Under the pieces are notes generated by a model, which was not told where the DNA came from, made no database searches, and saw only the letters and a program-made list of their open reading frames with translations. A program made the translations under genes and the position numbers. Positions 50,116 through 59,278 of a stretch of DNA of 64,000 nt are shown here, piece after piece. The DNA is from Halobacteriovoraceae bacterium (lineage in GTDB: Bacteria > Bdellovibrionota > Bacteriovoracia > Bacteriovoracales > Bacteriovoracaceae), in contig CAVRCF010000001.1 in the NCBI GenBank assembly GCA_963719505.1, forward strand, positions 800,001 to 864,000. The letters run 5' to 3'. The first letter of the stretch is position 1; each line of letters opens with the position of its first letter.

Positions 50116-51177
50116 CTAGTAAGCAGTCTGGATGCCCAGGTAATAGGACTGCTCAAGGCTATAACCAACATCATATTCAGGAACCCATCTATCGGGATTA
50201 GGATTTCCTTGGGCCGTGTAGGTGTGGGGTGAGTGAGTGATCGCTTTGAGTCCCGCTACGAAATCAATATTGGCAAGGATCTTTTTGTACTGATAATTGA
50301 GACCGATTTTGGGAGAGAAATACAAAGAGGTGTAGGTGACACTTTTTTCATCAGAGATAGTATCAAAGTCCTGACTAATTTCTTTTGAATCGTAAAAATT
50401 GAGGACTAAACTTCCATGAATATTAATAACGTGTCGATCTTTGCGATAGAGATCATAGGTGAGATACGGGCCGATTCCAATTCTCACTTGATCTTCAACC
50501 GCATCAATATTAGAGGTGAGATACCTCGATTGCCCAGTCATAATATTAAATTCACCACCAAAGAAAAAACGCTCTGATTTATCAAACGCAACTTGTCTTG
50601 CCCAGATAAAAGAGAACTCTTTATTGAAGTCAAAACCTGTGTCGCGAATCTTTTGCGAGTAGGGATAAGGTTGATCTGTGGGGGTTCCTAAAGAGATGAG
50701 AATCTGCCCTCTGATGCCGGTTTGGGACTCCAGTGGATAGTCCTTTGGAAGAGGTTCAATGATTCTATAGTCTGTTTCATCAACCTGAGGAACTGTTTGT
50801 GTTAGCTCCCGAGCGTCTTCGAAGTTTATAAAGACATGATCTTTTTTAATATATCCAATCCTCCCACTTCGAGTGAGAGTTCTATAAAAATCTCTATAAC
50901 CTCTTTGAAATTCTTTTTTAAAAAGGGGATCGGGATAGTCTTTTTGATATTTATCGTGGGTGGATAAGAGTTGTTTTTTTGTGGTTGAAAGGTATTGTCG
51001 AAAAGCATCCTGCCTATAAGCTTCGGCGTGAATATAGATATCATCACCTTTTCTTTTGTATTGAAGAACTTTTGCTTTCATTGAAGGTTCACTAAAAATA
51101 GGGGCTTCCAAAACCATGATCGTTGCATTTTTTGACCAAACACAAAGACTGAAAAGAAAAAGACACAGAACCCTCAT
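50116..51177 (-). CDS. Hypothetical outer-membrane protein (SH3-like N-terminus, C-terminal beta-barrel)
   Basis: Signal peptide; GRIGYI; alternating strands; ends YYLGIQTAY. Confidence 0.6.
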   Translation of the reverse strand: MRVLCLFLFSLCVWSKNATIMVLEAPIFSEPSMKAKVLQYKRKGDDIYIHAEAYRQDAFRQYLSTTKKQLLSTHDKYQKDYPDPLFKKEFQRGYRDFYRTLTRSGRIGYIKKDHVFINFEDARELTQTVPQVDETDYRIIEPLPKDYPLESQTGIRGQILISLGTPTDQPYPYSQKIRDTGFDFNKEFSFIWARQVAFDKSERFFFGGEFNIMTGQSRYLTSNIDAVEDQVRIGIGPYLTYDLYRKDRHVINIHGSLVLNFYDSKEISQDFDTISDEKSVTYTSLYFSPKIGLNYQYKKILANIDFVAGLKAITHSPHTYTAQGNPNPDRWVPEYDVGYSLEQSYYLGIQTAY

Positions 51178-52397
51178 AGAATGTCCTTCATGATACCTAA
51201 ACTCAGTACGAATGAGTCGGTGATATTGCTTTCACTTTCTATATTGGCTGCAAGATTTTGAGATGAAGGCTTAAGCCACTGTCTTTGGTAGTTGCCACCA
51301 AAAATCATCTCGCCTAAAAATGTTGTAAAATGCTTTTCAAGTCCCATAGCGACTGACGTTTGTGCAATAGAGAAGTCACCTGTAAAAACATCAGATTCGA
51401 CAATCGCCTTTGAAAAAATAGCGTGTCTCACTTGTAAAAAGCCTGTGTAGATACCTTCTCCCATTTGAAACTTCTGAGTTTTTACAATCGGTCCTAAGGA
51501 CAAAGAATTCATATTATAGCGACCGCCATTGGCAAAGTTGGCAAAGGTATTTTCGTAGTTTGTCGTGAGTCCCACTTTGATAGGAAAATCAAAGCTTCCA
51601 AAAACCTGTCCCTCGTAGCGAACAGTTTGGGCCGTTCCACTTTGCACTCGACTTATTTGATTAAGAAAGTCTGACTGGGTTATTCCTGCATGAAAATTAA
51701 ACTGGGCTTTAAGCTTTAGTTTTTGATCCACAAGATTGTAGTCCAATTTATTTTCTACAACTTGAAAGCGATGGGGTTCTTCGTAGAGGTTCGTGACTTC
51801 TTTTATATTATTGAGTTTTCCAGAGAGAACTTTATAAGTGGAGAAACCATTTTTATTAATAAGAAGTTTATAGCCTTCATAGTCACTTTTTCGATAGGCG
51901 CGCACGGTGAGAAGTTTTTGGTTGTAATAAACTTTTCCTGTTTGCAAATGAACAAGCTGAGTTCCTCGCCTGATGACACCGGTAAAGGTTCCACTGGTGA
52001 CGATGTCTTTGAGTTTTATTTTTAGCGCTTCTTTTTCAGCATAGGAGTAGTTTCGCGTGGACTTTCTATGAAGAAGTTTTTCTAGGACTTTATCTTTTTC
52101 CACTTCCGTTTCTCGAAGTTTGTCTACTACCGTAAATTCAATTTCAGGGTAATCGTCTTCATAAAGATCGGGATCAACTTCCTCAAAGCTTTCAGTATTT
52201 TCTTCGAGGTCTACCACCTCAAGTGGATCGAGATATTTTGTTTCATCAAATTCTAAGTCTTCAGAGGTTTCACTCGCCTCTATCTCAAGTTCTCCCATGA
52301 GCTCATCCATACTGGGCTCTTGGGCGACTGCGCATAAACACACACAGAAGAGAATAAGAATGGAGAACGTTTTTGATTTCACTTCATCTCCACACAA
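51174..52397 (-). CDS. Hypothetical outer-membrane protein (acidic N-terminus, C-terminal beta-barrel)
   Basis: Signal peptide; E/D-rich region; amphipathic strands. Confidence 0.6.
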   Translation of the reverse strand: MCGDEVKSKTFSILILFCVCLCAVAQEPSMDELMGELEIEASETSEDLEFDETKYLDPLEVVDLEENTESFEEVDPDLYEDDYPEIEFTVVDKLRETEVEKDKVLEKLLHRKSTRNYSYAEKEALKIKLKDIVTSGTFTGVIRRGTQLVHLQTGKVYYNQKLLTVRAYRKSDYEGYKLLINKNGFSTYKVLSGKLNNIKEVTNLYEEPHRFQVVENKLDYNLVDQKLKLKAQFNFHAGITQSDFLNQISRVQSGTAQTVRYEGQVFGSFDFPIKVGLTTNYENTFANFANGGRYNMNSLSLGPIVKTQKFQMGEGIYTGFLQVRHAIFSKAIVESDVFTGDFSIAQTSVAMGLEKHFTTFLGEMIFGGNYQRQWLKPSSQNLAANIESESNITDSFVLSLGIMKDIL

Positions 52398-52801
52398 GTG
52401 ATAAGGGCGTCTCTGTTGGAATCGTATTTTAAAAGAGTCGGATCGAGATAGGATTCAACCTGCCATTTAAACTCACTATGTTCAGTTTCATCGAGTTTTA
52501 CATCCCAAAAGCCTTCGCTTTGGATGAAAAAGACTTTCTCCGTGACGTAGTGTTCCCACTGATCAACGAAAGTGAATTGCATATTGGTTTCGGTGATACT
52601 TTTAATATTGTCTTTTAAAAGACCGGTCTCTTCCATGGCTTCACGCATGGCCCCCATTTTAAACGTTTCACCGTCCTCAACTGAGCCTGTGCAGTTTTGC
52701 CAAAAGAGTCCTCTTTTTTTATTTACACGTAACAATAAAAAGTGTTTTAAACCTTCTGCGTCACGATAAAAAATTACAGACTGAACTTTTCTTTTTTCCA
52801 T
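52379..52801 (-). CDS. NUDIX hydrolase (NudB-like)
   Basis: WQNCTGSVEDGETFKMGAMREAMEETG NUDIX box; EHSEFKW. Confidence 0.88.
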   Translation of the reverse strand: MEKRKVQSVIFYRDAEGLKHFLLLRVNKKRGLFWQNCTGSVEDGETFKMGAMREAMEETGLLKDNIKSITETNMQFTFVDQWEHYVTEKVFFIQSEGFWDVKLDETEHSEFKWQVESYLDPTLLKYDSNRDALITCVEMK

Positions 52802-52808
52802 GACTTAT

Positions 52809-52837
52809 ATTATGCGGCATAAAATCAATTGCGACAA
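52809..52837 (-). promoter_or_regulatory. Sigma70 promoter, probably giving a leaderless NUDIX mRNA
   Basis: TTGTCG-N17-CATAAT, 7 nt before the ATG; no SD. Confidence 0.55.
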
Positions 52838-52863
52838 GCTCTCGGTTCTGGTAGATAAACTGC

Positions 52864-53538
52864 ATGAATCTACAGGCAATAATACTATCTCTGGCCCAGG
52901 CTCTTCCAGGATTTTTACTCGCGATTGTGGCCCATGAATGGGCACATGCCTATATGGCAAAACGCTTTGGTGACAACACGGCCGAAAGAGAAGGTCGTCT
53001 GACCTTAAACCCCGTCGTGCATATCGATGTCATGGGGACAATTGTCTTTCCCGTCATCCTTTTAATGATGGGCGGCATGGTCTTTGGTTGGGCGAAACCC
53101 GTTCCCATTGATACTAGAAATTTTAGAGACTATAGAAAAGGACTTTTTTGGGTAAGCTTTGCTGGAGCAATGATGAACTTCTTTTTAGGAACGATGTCAG
53201 GACTTCTTTTTGCTATTATCGCTACTAAAGTCCCAGATACATTCAGTTTTTACGGCGTTCTTTTAGAAATGCTTAAATACTCCATGATGATTAACTTTGT
53301 GCTGGGAGCTTTTAACTTGATTCCTATTCCGCCTTTGGATGGATCAAAGATGGTGATGTCTTTTTTAAAAGGCGAGACCGCCCGTAAGTACGAAAGTCTT
53401 GCGCAGTACACAAATATGATTTTTCTCGTAATTATAGCCCTAAGCTTTATGGGGATTTCCACCATCGGCTACGTGATAACCCCTGTAGTAATGATTGGTC
53501 AGAAATTAACCATGTACTTTTTGTATCTGCTAGGGTGA
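52864..53538 (+). CDS. Site-2 protease (M50 family)
   Basis: HEWAH, GWAKPVP and FNLIPIPPLDG motifs. Confidence 0.92.
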   Translation: MNLQAIILSLAQALPGFLLAIVAHEWAHAYMAKRFGDNTAEREGRLTLNPVVHIDVMGTIVFPVILLMMGGMVFGWAKPVPIDTRNFRDYRKGLFWVSFAGAMMNFFLGTMSGLLFAIIATKVPDTFSFYGVLLEMLKYSMMINFVLGAFNLIPIPPLDGSKMVMSFLKGETARKYESLAQYTNMIFLVIIALSFMGISTIGYVITPVVMIGQKLTMYFLYLLG

Positions 53539-53598
53539 AATAAAATGACACACACAAAGCTTGGTCCTGAGAAAACCTGGCTTGAGAGAGAATAAGAC

Positions 53599-54453
53599 AT
53601 GATTGAACACAATATTCAGGTCAAACTAGATCATTTTGACGGACCACTTGGTTTGCTCCTTCATCTCGTCCAGCGCGAAGAGATGAGTATCAAAGATCTT
53701 GAGATCAATAGCATCACAAATCAGTACATCGATTATCTGCATAAAATGCAAGACCTCAATTTTGATGTGGCAGGTGAATACCTCTATATGGCCGCCTCTC
53801 TTCTTTATATTAAATCAAAAAATGTCACTGAAGATGAAGAACAGAAAATTCGCTTAAGTGGTGATGAAAATATTCAAATCACAACAAAGACTCAACTGAT
53901 TCAAAAACTTGAAGAGCTTCAAAAGTTTCAAATGCTTGGTGAAAGATTAATGACTCTTCCTATAAGAGATCAAGATATTTTTGTCAGACCCAAAATTGAT
54001 AGAAAAGCCATTCAAAACAGTATCTTGACGCCGATGAGTGCTGAAGCCCTAACGGAGAGTATGGTTGATTTGATCAGACGAGAGAAACGAAAATATACGG
54101 TTATTAAAAGAGACAAACTCTCTATCAAAGAGAAGCTTGTTCAACTTAAAAATGATTTGAAAGTTGGAACACAAACCACAATGGATAAACTTATTAAAAG
54201 TAAGGATAAAGATATTGGTGAAGTGGTGATAACTTTTATTTCTCTTTTAGAACTTGCGCGTTTAAATAAGCTAGACGTTTTTCAAAATGAAGTCATGGGA
54301 CAAATTTACGTTGATGTAAAAGAGGACCTCGACTCATTCGATGTAGAAACAGCAGATGGATTTGACCCTGAGGACGAGGGAGAATCGATTACCACTGATG
54401 ATTTAATTCAGGCACAAACACAAACAGACACAAACACACAGATTGAGGCATAG
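53599..54453 (+). CDS. scpA: Segregation/condensation protein A
   Basis: FDGPLGLLLHL, AGEYLYMAA and FISLLELAR motifs. Confidence 0.92.
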   Translation: MIEHNIQVKLDHFDGPLGLLLHLVQREEMSIKDLEINSITNQYIDYLHKMQDLNFDVAGEYLYMAASLLYIKSKNVTEDEEQKIRLSGDENIQITTKTQLIQKLEELQKFQMLGERLMTLPIRDQDIFVRPKIDRKAIQNSILTPMSAEALTESMVDLIRREKRKYTVIKRDKLSIKEKLVQLKNDLKVGTQTTMDKLIKSKDKDIGEVVITFISLLELARLNKLDVFQNEVMGQIYVDVKEDLDSFDVETADGFDPEDEGESITTDDLIQAQTQTDTNTQIEA

Positions 54454-54454
54454 T

Positions 54455-55939
54455 ATGAGCGTAATTGATTACAGTTGGGACTTTACCAAAGAAGACTTTT
54501 CATTAGATCTTGATTTCTTTAACGAAAAAGAACAAGAGGATAAATTGTGGCAAGCCAGAACTGGTTTAAACACAGAGACTCTTTGTGGTGCGATTGAGAC
54601 CATTATCTTTATGAGTGAAAGACCTATTACTCTTCAAAAAATTAAATCTCAAATTGACTCTGACCTCCCTTTGCGTGTTGTTCATGAATCAATAGCCAGA
54701 CTTCAAGAAGAATACGAGGCGAAACACCATGGAATCCGTTTGATGGAAGTGGCCGCTGGTTATCAATTTAGAACGAAAGCAACATACTCAAAAGTTATTC
54801 AAAATATGTTTAAGGTTTCATCTCTTCAATTAAGCCCGACGGCTTTAGAAGTCATGGCCATTATTGCTTATAAACAACCTATTTCGAAAACATCAGTGGA
54901 GTCGATCCGTGGTGTTGATTCCTCGCATATTGTTCGCCAACTTATGGACAAACGTTTGGTCAGAATTGTGGGAAGAAGTGAAGAGATGGGAAGACCATCA
55001 TTATTTGGAACGACTCAAGAATTCTTAGAGGTCTTTAATCTTAATGCGACAGAAGATCTTCCAAGTGAAAATGAACTTCAAGAGCTTGCAATGGCCACTG
55101 ATATTGGAGAGATTTCTGATATTAAATCCATCGTAAATTCTGGTGATAAGAAAATATTTAACTTTGATGAATTTGATGAACTTGAAACACTGACAAGTCA
55201 AATCAGAGAGATTGCTTCAGACACTATGTTTACGCAGTCACTTAGAGATATGGATAAGAAGCGAAAGTCAGCAGATGAAGGTGAGAGAAAATCAGCCTTT
55301 GATATCTTAGAGGATTTTGTTAATTCAAGCGAAACTGTCGATCAAAATAAATTATCAGCTCTTTCTGAAACATTGATGGCGATAATGGAACCAAAAAGTG
55401 TCAACGTTTTAAATACGGATAAAGTCTTTAATGCTCCTGAGATGGAAGAAGATGATGTTGTGGATTTTGCTATTGATCTTGAAATGGAAGATAGAGAGCT
55501 TCCTCCTGTGGACTTTTCGATGGCAGAGGATTTCGATGAAACTGAAATCAATGATGTTGAAATGAACCTTGAACAAGTTCTTGCAAAAAGTGAATCACTG
55601 GTTAATGAACTCTTTAATGAGGATTCAATAGACGCAGCGATGAGCTCTCAACCACAAGCCGCTCCCGTAGAGGATAAACTTGAGCAGATTGAAGCACCTC
55701 CAATAGAAGAGATTAAAGTTGAAAATAAAGAAGAAGTTCCAGCTGGAAGTCCAAAGGATTTAAATTTTGAAGCTGAAGAACTTGCTGATGCTCTTGACCT
55801 GGCTTTTGATAACCTCTTCGAAGGTGTTGCCGTTGAGACGGTAAAAGAGGCTAATACAGACTCTATAGATGAAGATGTTTTATTTGACTCTAAAGATCTT
55901 AAGAACTTAGAAGATCTTAAAGATAGCAATCTCGAGTAA
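54455..55939 (+). CDS. scpB: Segregation/condensation protein B with a long acidic C-terminal extension
   Basis: IETIIF, GYQFRT, LEVMAIIAYKQP, IRGVDS and GRPSLFGTT..FL motifs; likely ATG at 54455. Confidence 0.9.
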   Translation: MSVIDYSWDFTKEDFSLDLDFFNEKEQEDKLWQARTGLNTETLCGAIETIIFMSERPITLQKIKSQIDSDLPLRVVHESIARLQEEYEAKHHGIRLMEVAAGYQFRTKATYSKVIQNMFKVSSLQLSPTALEVMAIIAYKQPISKTSVESIRGVDSSHIVRQLMDKRLVRIVGRSEEMGRPSLFGTTQEFLEVFNLNATEDLPSENELQELAMATDIGEISDIKSIVNSGDKKIFNFDEFDELETLTSQIREIASDTMFTQSLRDMDKKRKSADEGERKSAFDILEDFVNSSETVDQNKLSALSETLMAIMEPKSVNVLNTDKVFNAPEMEEDDVVDFAIDLEMEDRELPPVDFSMAEDFDETEINDVEMNLEQVLAKSESLVNELFNEDSIDAAMSSQPQAAPVEDKLEQIEAPPIEEIKVENKEEVPAGSPKDLNFEAEELADALDLAFDNLFEGVAVETVKEANTDSIDEDVLFDSKDLKNLEDLKDSNLE

Positions 55940-56041
55940 TATCTAAATTATTTTTAAAAGACTTGCTAATTTAGGGCCACAGCGTTAAGTTGCACGCTCT
56001 AAATCATTATTAACTGCCGGGATGGCAGATAGGAGTCTCAC

Positions 56042-57055
56042 ATGAGTAAAAATCACAAAAAAGAAACTAAGTTGATCCGCCTGCAAAAGTATATTGCAGA
56101 TTGTGGAGTGACGTCTCGAAGAAAAGCCGAAGAACTTATCGTCGAAGGTCTTGTTAAGGTTAACGGTCGAAAAATTACCGAGCTTGGTAGTAAAGTTGAT
56201 CCCTTAGAAGATTCAGTCATGGTTCGAGGTGAAATAATTGATGTGCTAAGTATTGACCATGTTTATCTCGTTTTAAATAAGCCCAGAGGTTATATGACAA
56301 CTCTCTCTGACCCTGAGGGAAGAAAGACTGTTATGGATCTTATTAGAGCTGTTAGCCAAAGAGTTTACCCTGTTGGACGTCTCGACTATCTTTCAGAAGG
56401 GCTTCTTATCATGACAAATGATGGTGAGCTTTCAAACATGATCATGCATCCAAAGTATGAAGTTGTTAAAACTTATGAAGTAAAAGTTTTTGGAAAAGTT
56501 AATGATAATGTTATCAAGAAACTTCGTGCCGGAATTACAGCTGATGATGGTGTTTTAAAGCCAAAGTCCGTGAGAATTATCGAGCAACTTCCTAATAAAA
56601 CATGGCTTGAGTTTAAATTATCAGAAGGAAAAAACAGAGAGATTAGAAGAATCTGTGAAGCCGCTGGGGTGACCATTGATAAGTTAAAAAGAGTGGCCAT
56701 TGGAAACCTTGCCATTGATAAAATTAAACCAGGTGATTGGGGATTTATTTCAAAACCAGAAATGTTAAGACTTATAGGTTTTAATAAGGATGGGACGATA
56801 AATTCTCAAGCTGAAGAGTACGTAAGCATGAAGAAAACCATTGCGGTTAAAAAGGCTTCCAAGTATCAAAAAGAAGCTAAGGTTGCTGATAGCCGTGATT
56901 TTGGAAAGTACAATAAAGAAAATTATCTAACGACGATAAAGCTTCAAAAAGAAATTGCTGAAAAAGCTAAAGAGCAAAAGAAGAAAGATGATGAAGGAAG
57001 TGTGAAGGTTGTTCACTCTTTTGAAAAAGGAAAAAAGTCAAAAGCGAGAAGATAA
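56042..57055 (+). CDS. rluB: 23S rRNA pseudouridine synthase (RluB/RsuA family)
   Basis: RLQKYIA..G..SRRKAE (S4 domain), NKPRG, VGRLD and EGKNREIRR motifs; follows scpAB. Confidence 0.88.
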   Translation: MSKNHKKETKLIRLQKYIADCGVTSRRKAEELIVEGLVKVNGRKITELGSKVDPLEDSVMVRGEIIDVLSIDHVYLVLNKPRGYMTTLSDPEGRKTVMDLIRAVSQRVYPVGRLDYLSEGLLIMTNDGELSNMIMHPKYEVVKTYEVKVFGKVNDNVIKKLRAGITADDGVLKPKSVRIIEQLPNKTWLEFKLSEGKNREIRRICEAAGVTIDKLKRVAIGNLAIDKIKPGDWGFISKPEMLRLIGFNKDGTINSQAEEYVSMKKTIAVKKASKYQKEAKVADSRDFGKYNKENYLTTIKLQKEIAEKAKEQKKKDDEGSVKVVHSFEKGKKSKARR

Positions 57056-57060
57056 GAAAT

Positions 57061-57089
57061 AAAAAACTCACCTTAGGGTGAGTTTTTTT
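57061..57089. terminator. Bidirectional terminator
   Basis: AAAAACTCACC-TTAG-GGTGAGTTTTT. Confidence 0.85.
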
Positions 57090-57110
57090 ATGTCAAAATG
57101 TAAAATAAGT

Positions 57111-57428
57111 TTAGTTGTCGTGGCGAAGAAATGCCGAACCTTGAAGATGATCTGAAACCATATCCATACAAAATTCTAAGGCTTGATCTCCATAGGGGAT
57201 GTCAGCGTTCTCACTCCATTGAGTTGAAAAATTAGCTTGTTTAATAACAGCTGCTACCAACTTCATCAGGTCTGCACTTCCATCAAAGTAGTCACACTCA
57301 TCATCTGTTGTTAAAACATGATTGAGCATCGAGCTAATACTTTTAACTAATCTAATTTGCTGGGGGTTTAACTCTGTAGTATCAAAGTTTATCGTGAGTG
57401 ATTTTTGTTCTAGTTTTGATGCGGCCAT
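57111..57428 (-). CDS. Hypothetical protein (105 aa)
   Basis: ATG 57428 with GGAGA SD; sigma28 promoter upstream. Confidence 0.75.
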   Translation of the reverse strand: MAASKLEQKSLTINFDTTELNPQQIRLVKSISSMLNHVLTTDDECDYFDGSADLMKLVAAVIKQANFSTQWSENADIPYGDQALEFCMDMVSDHLQGSAFLRHDN

Positions 57429-57463
57429 GTGCAGATCTCCGGTTAGTATCAATTACTTAGTCT

Positions 57464-57490
57464 TTATCGACGATCAGAAAGATTTGTTTA
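57464..57490 (-). promoter_or_regulatory. Sigma28 promoter
   Basis: TAAA-N15-GTCGATAA, one mismatch from the consensus TAAA-N15-GCCGATAA. Confidence 0.75.
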
Positions 57491-57592
57491 GAGATTTGTA
57501 ATAGAGTATTTCACTTTTTTTAAGTGAATTAACCTTAAAGGGGACTAGACATATTAATTTTAATGGTTTATAACCTTTAAACAATACTTTGA

Positions 57593-57688
<96 letters not shown>

Positions 57689-57695
57689 AGTATAT

Positions 57696-57721
57696 AGCCA
57701 CTCAAGAAGAGTGGCTTTTTT
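57696..57721 (+). terminator. tRNA terminator supplied by the element
   Basis: AGCCACTC-AAGAA-GAGTGGCT plus T run. Confidence 0.75.
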
Positions 57722-57732
57722 ATTTGAATTTA

Positions 57733-57758
57733 AAACTTCGACTACATTTCGACCACAC
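57733..57758 (+). repeat. Putative integrase arm-type sites, left end
   Basis: AAAC-TTCGACTACAT-TTCGACCACAC; the first 15 bp are identical to 62051-62065. Confidence 0.65.
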
Positions 57759-57768
57759 TAAAATTTAT

Positions 57769-58923
57769 TTACTCACAAAGCTTCAAGATTGTAGCTTCAT
57801 TTTCTTCACTTTTAGACGAAATAGAGAACAGTTTAGAGACCTCTTTAATTTTGCTTCCAACCACATGAACATAGTTCATTGTGGTTTTGATATCCTCATG
57901 GCCCGCAATGGACTGAACGGTCTTTATATCCACTCCAGCGGCAATCATTTGAGTGATGGCCGTATGTCTTAGATCATGAAAGCGAATTCTAGCTCCTCCC
58001 CATATTTTTAGATCCTTACTAAAGAATCTTGAAATAAAATTATCGTGATCAACTGGTTTTCTTTTTTGATTAAGAAAGAGCGTCTCTTCAGGATTAATCT
58101 TATTTTCTTTTATGAGGGTAGTAAGTTCAAAGAATAGTTCTTGATTACAGGGAACTCGTCTTGAGAGCTTACCGGATTTAGAGTTTCTCTTTCCCTTTAA
58201 AAGATCAAAGTCTTGAGTCAATTTATTAAACTGTCGCCTAATAAAAAGAGTGTCTTCTTCGATATCAATTGATCTTAGGCCCCAGACTTCTCCAGCTCTT
58301 AAGCCAGTATTTAAAGCTAACAGGTAAACGATATATATCCATCTCTTATCGGAATTATAATATCTACTCTTAGCAAACTTTAAAAAATTAGAAGCTTCTT
58401 CTTGATTCCAAAAACTCATCTCTGCTGACTTTGGATTCATCTTTTTATATCCAACTGAAGGATTGTAAGGAATTCTTCTATGCCTTAAAGAGTGGTTTAG
58501 AGTTGAGAGAATAACTTCAACCTTTCTATTAACAGTTGCGTTAGCTTGTCTTTTAAGCTTTAGCTCTTTTTGGTATTGAGTGAGCCTTGCCGCAGTTAAT
58601 TTGTCTAAAGTTAGTGCTCCAAATAGCGGTAGGATTTCTTTCATTATCCCTTCACACCTTTTTATATGAGATGCACTAAATCGATGTTTTGAGCTTTCAA
58701 ACCAAAACTTAAGTTCATCTTTAAAATAAACTTCCTCGAGAAGATTTAATGATAAACCTTGAGACTTGTAATTTTCGGATTCGCTTAGGTAATTTTTCAA
58801 GAAGGCTTGAGCATCAATTTTTCTTTTAAATCGTCTTCTAATTCTTTTAGAACCTCTACCATTTGAGTAGATGTCTACTTCGTAAATGGTTTGATCTTGT
58901 AATTGTACTTTTCTAATGGACAT
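57769..58923 (-). CDS. Tyrosine recombinase/integrase
   Basis: TGLRAGE (R), HDLRH (HxxR) and AGH...TTMNY (H, Y) motifs; N-terminal arm-binding-like domain. Confidence 0.95.
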   Translation of the reverse strand: MSIRKVQLQDQTIYEVDIYSNGRGSKRIRRRFKRKIDAQAFLKNYLSESENYKSQGLSLNLLEEVYFKDELKFWFESSKHRFSASHIKRCEGIMKEILPLFGALTLDKLTAARLTQYQKELKLKRQANATVNRKVEVILSTLNHSLRHRRIPYNPSVGYKKMNPKSAEMSFWNQEEASNFLKFAKSRYYNSDKRWIYIVYLLALNTGLRAGEVWGLRSIDIEEDTLFIRRQFNKLTQDFDLLKGKRNSKSGKLSRRVPCNQELFFELTTLIKENKINPEETLFLNQKRKPVDHDNFISRFFSKDLKIWGGARIRFHDLRHTAITQMIAAGVDIKTVQSIAGHEDIKTTMNYVHVVGSKIKEVSKLFSISSKSEENEATILKLCE

Positions 58924-59251
58924 TATTTAACTCCTTGTTTTGAGAATTAATCCATCTTTGAAGCACTGTTTTTCGAATGTATAGCAATCTGTTTATTTTA
59001 AGGAATAGATCACTTGGTATGTTTCTCGTCTTGGCCCTGTAGTTCCAGTCATAGATTGTTTTAATAGACACATCTAAATAACTAGCAAGCATATTAGGCT
59101 TTATAATTTCTGGTAAATTGTCAAAGAGCACTTCTGATCCTACTCGATCATTGCCACTATAACTTGAATTTAATAAAAGGGAATTCCTATTTACATTTTT
59201 ACTCAATTCAAAATCCTTTTCTTTAATCATTAAAATCCATCTTCTCATCAC
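58913..59251 (-). CDS. Excisionase/AlpA-like helix-turn-helix protein
   Basis: LASYLDVSIKTIYDW...VLQRWI; directly upstream of int; start uncertain. Confidence 0.75.
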   Translation of the reverse strand: MMRRWILMIKEKDFELSKNVNRNSLLLNSSYSGNDRVGSEVLFDNLPEIIKPNMLASYLDVSIKTIYDWNYRAKTRNIPSDLFLKINRLLYIRKTVLQRWINSQNKELNNVH

Positions 59252-59278
59252 AAATAAATCTATCTACTTCATAAATAC

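Noticed and set aside
195-56715. Numerous 60-130 aa antisense or alternate-frame ORFs in the track
   Set aside because: They lie within or largely overlap well-supported genes and lack recognisable motifs
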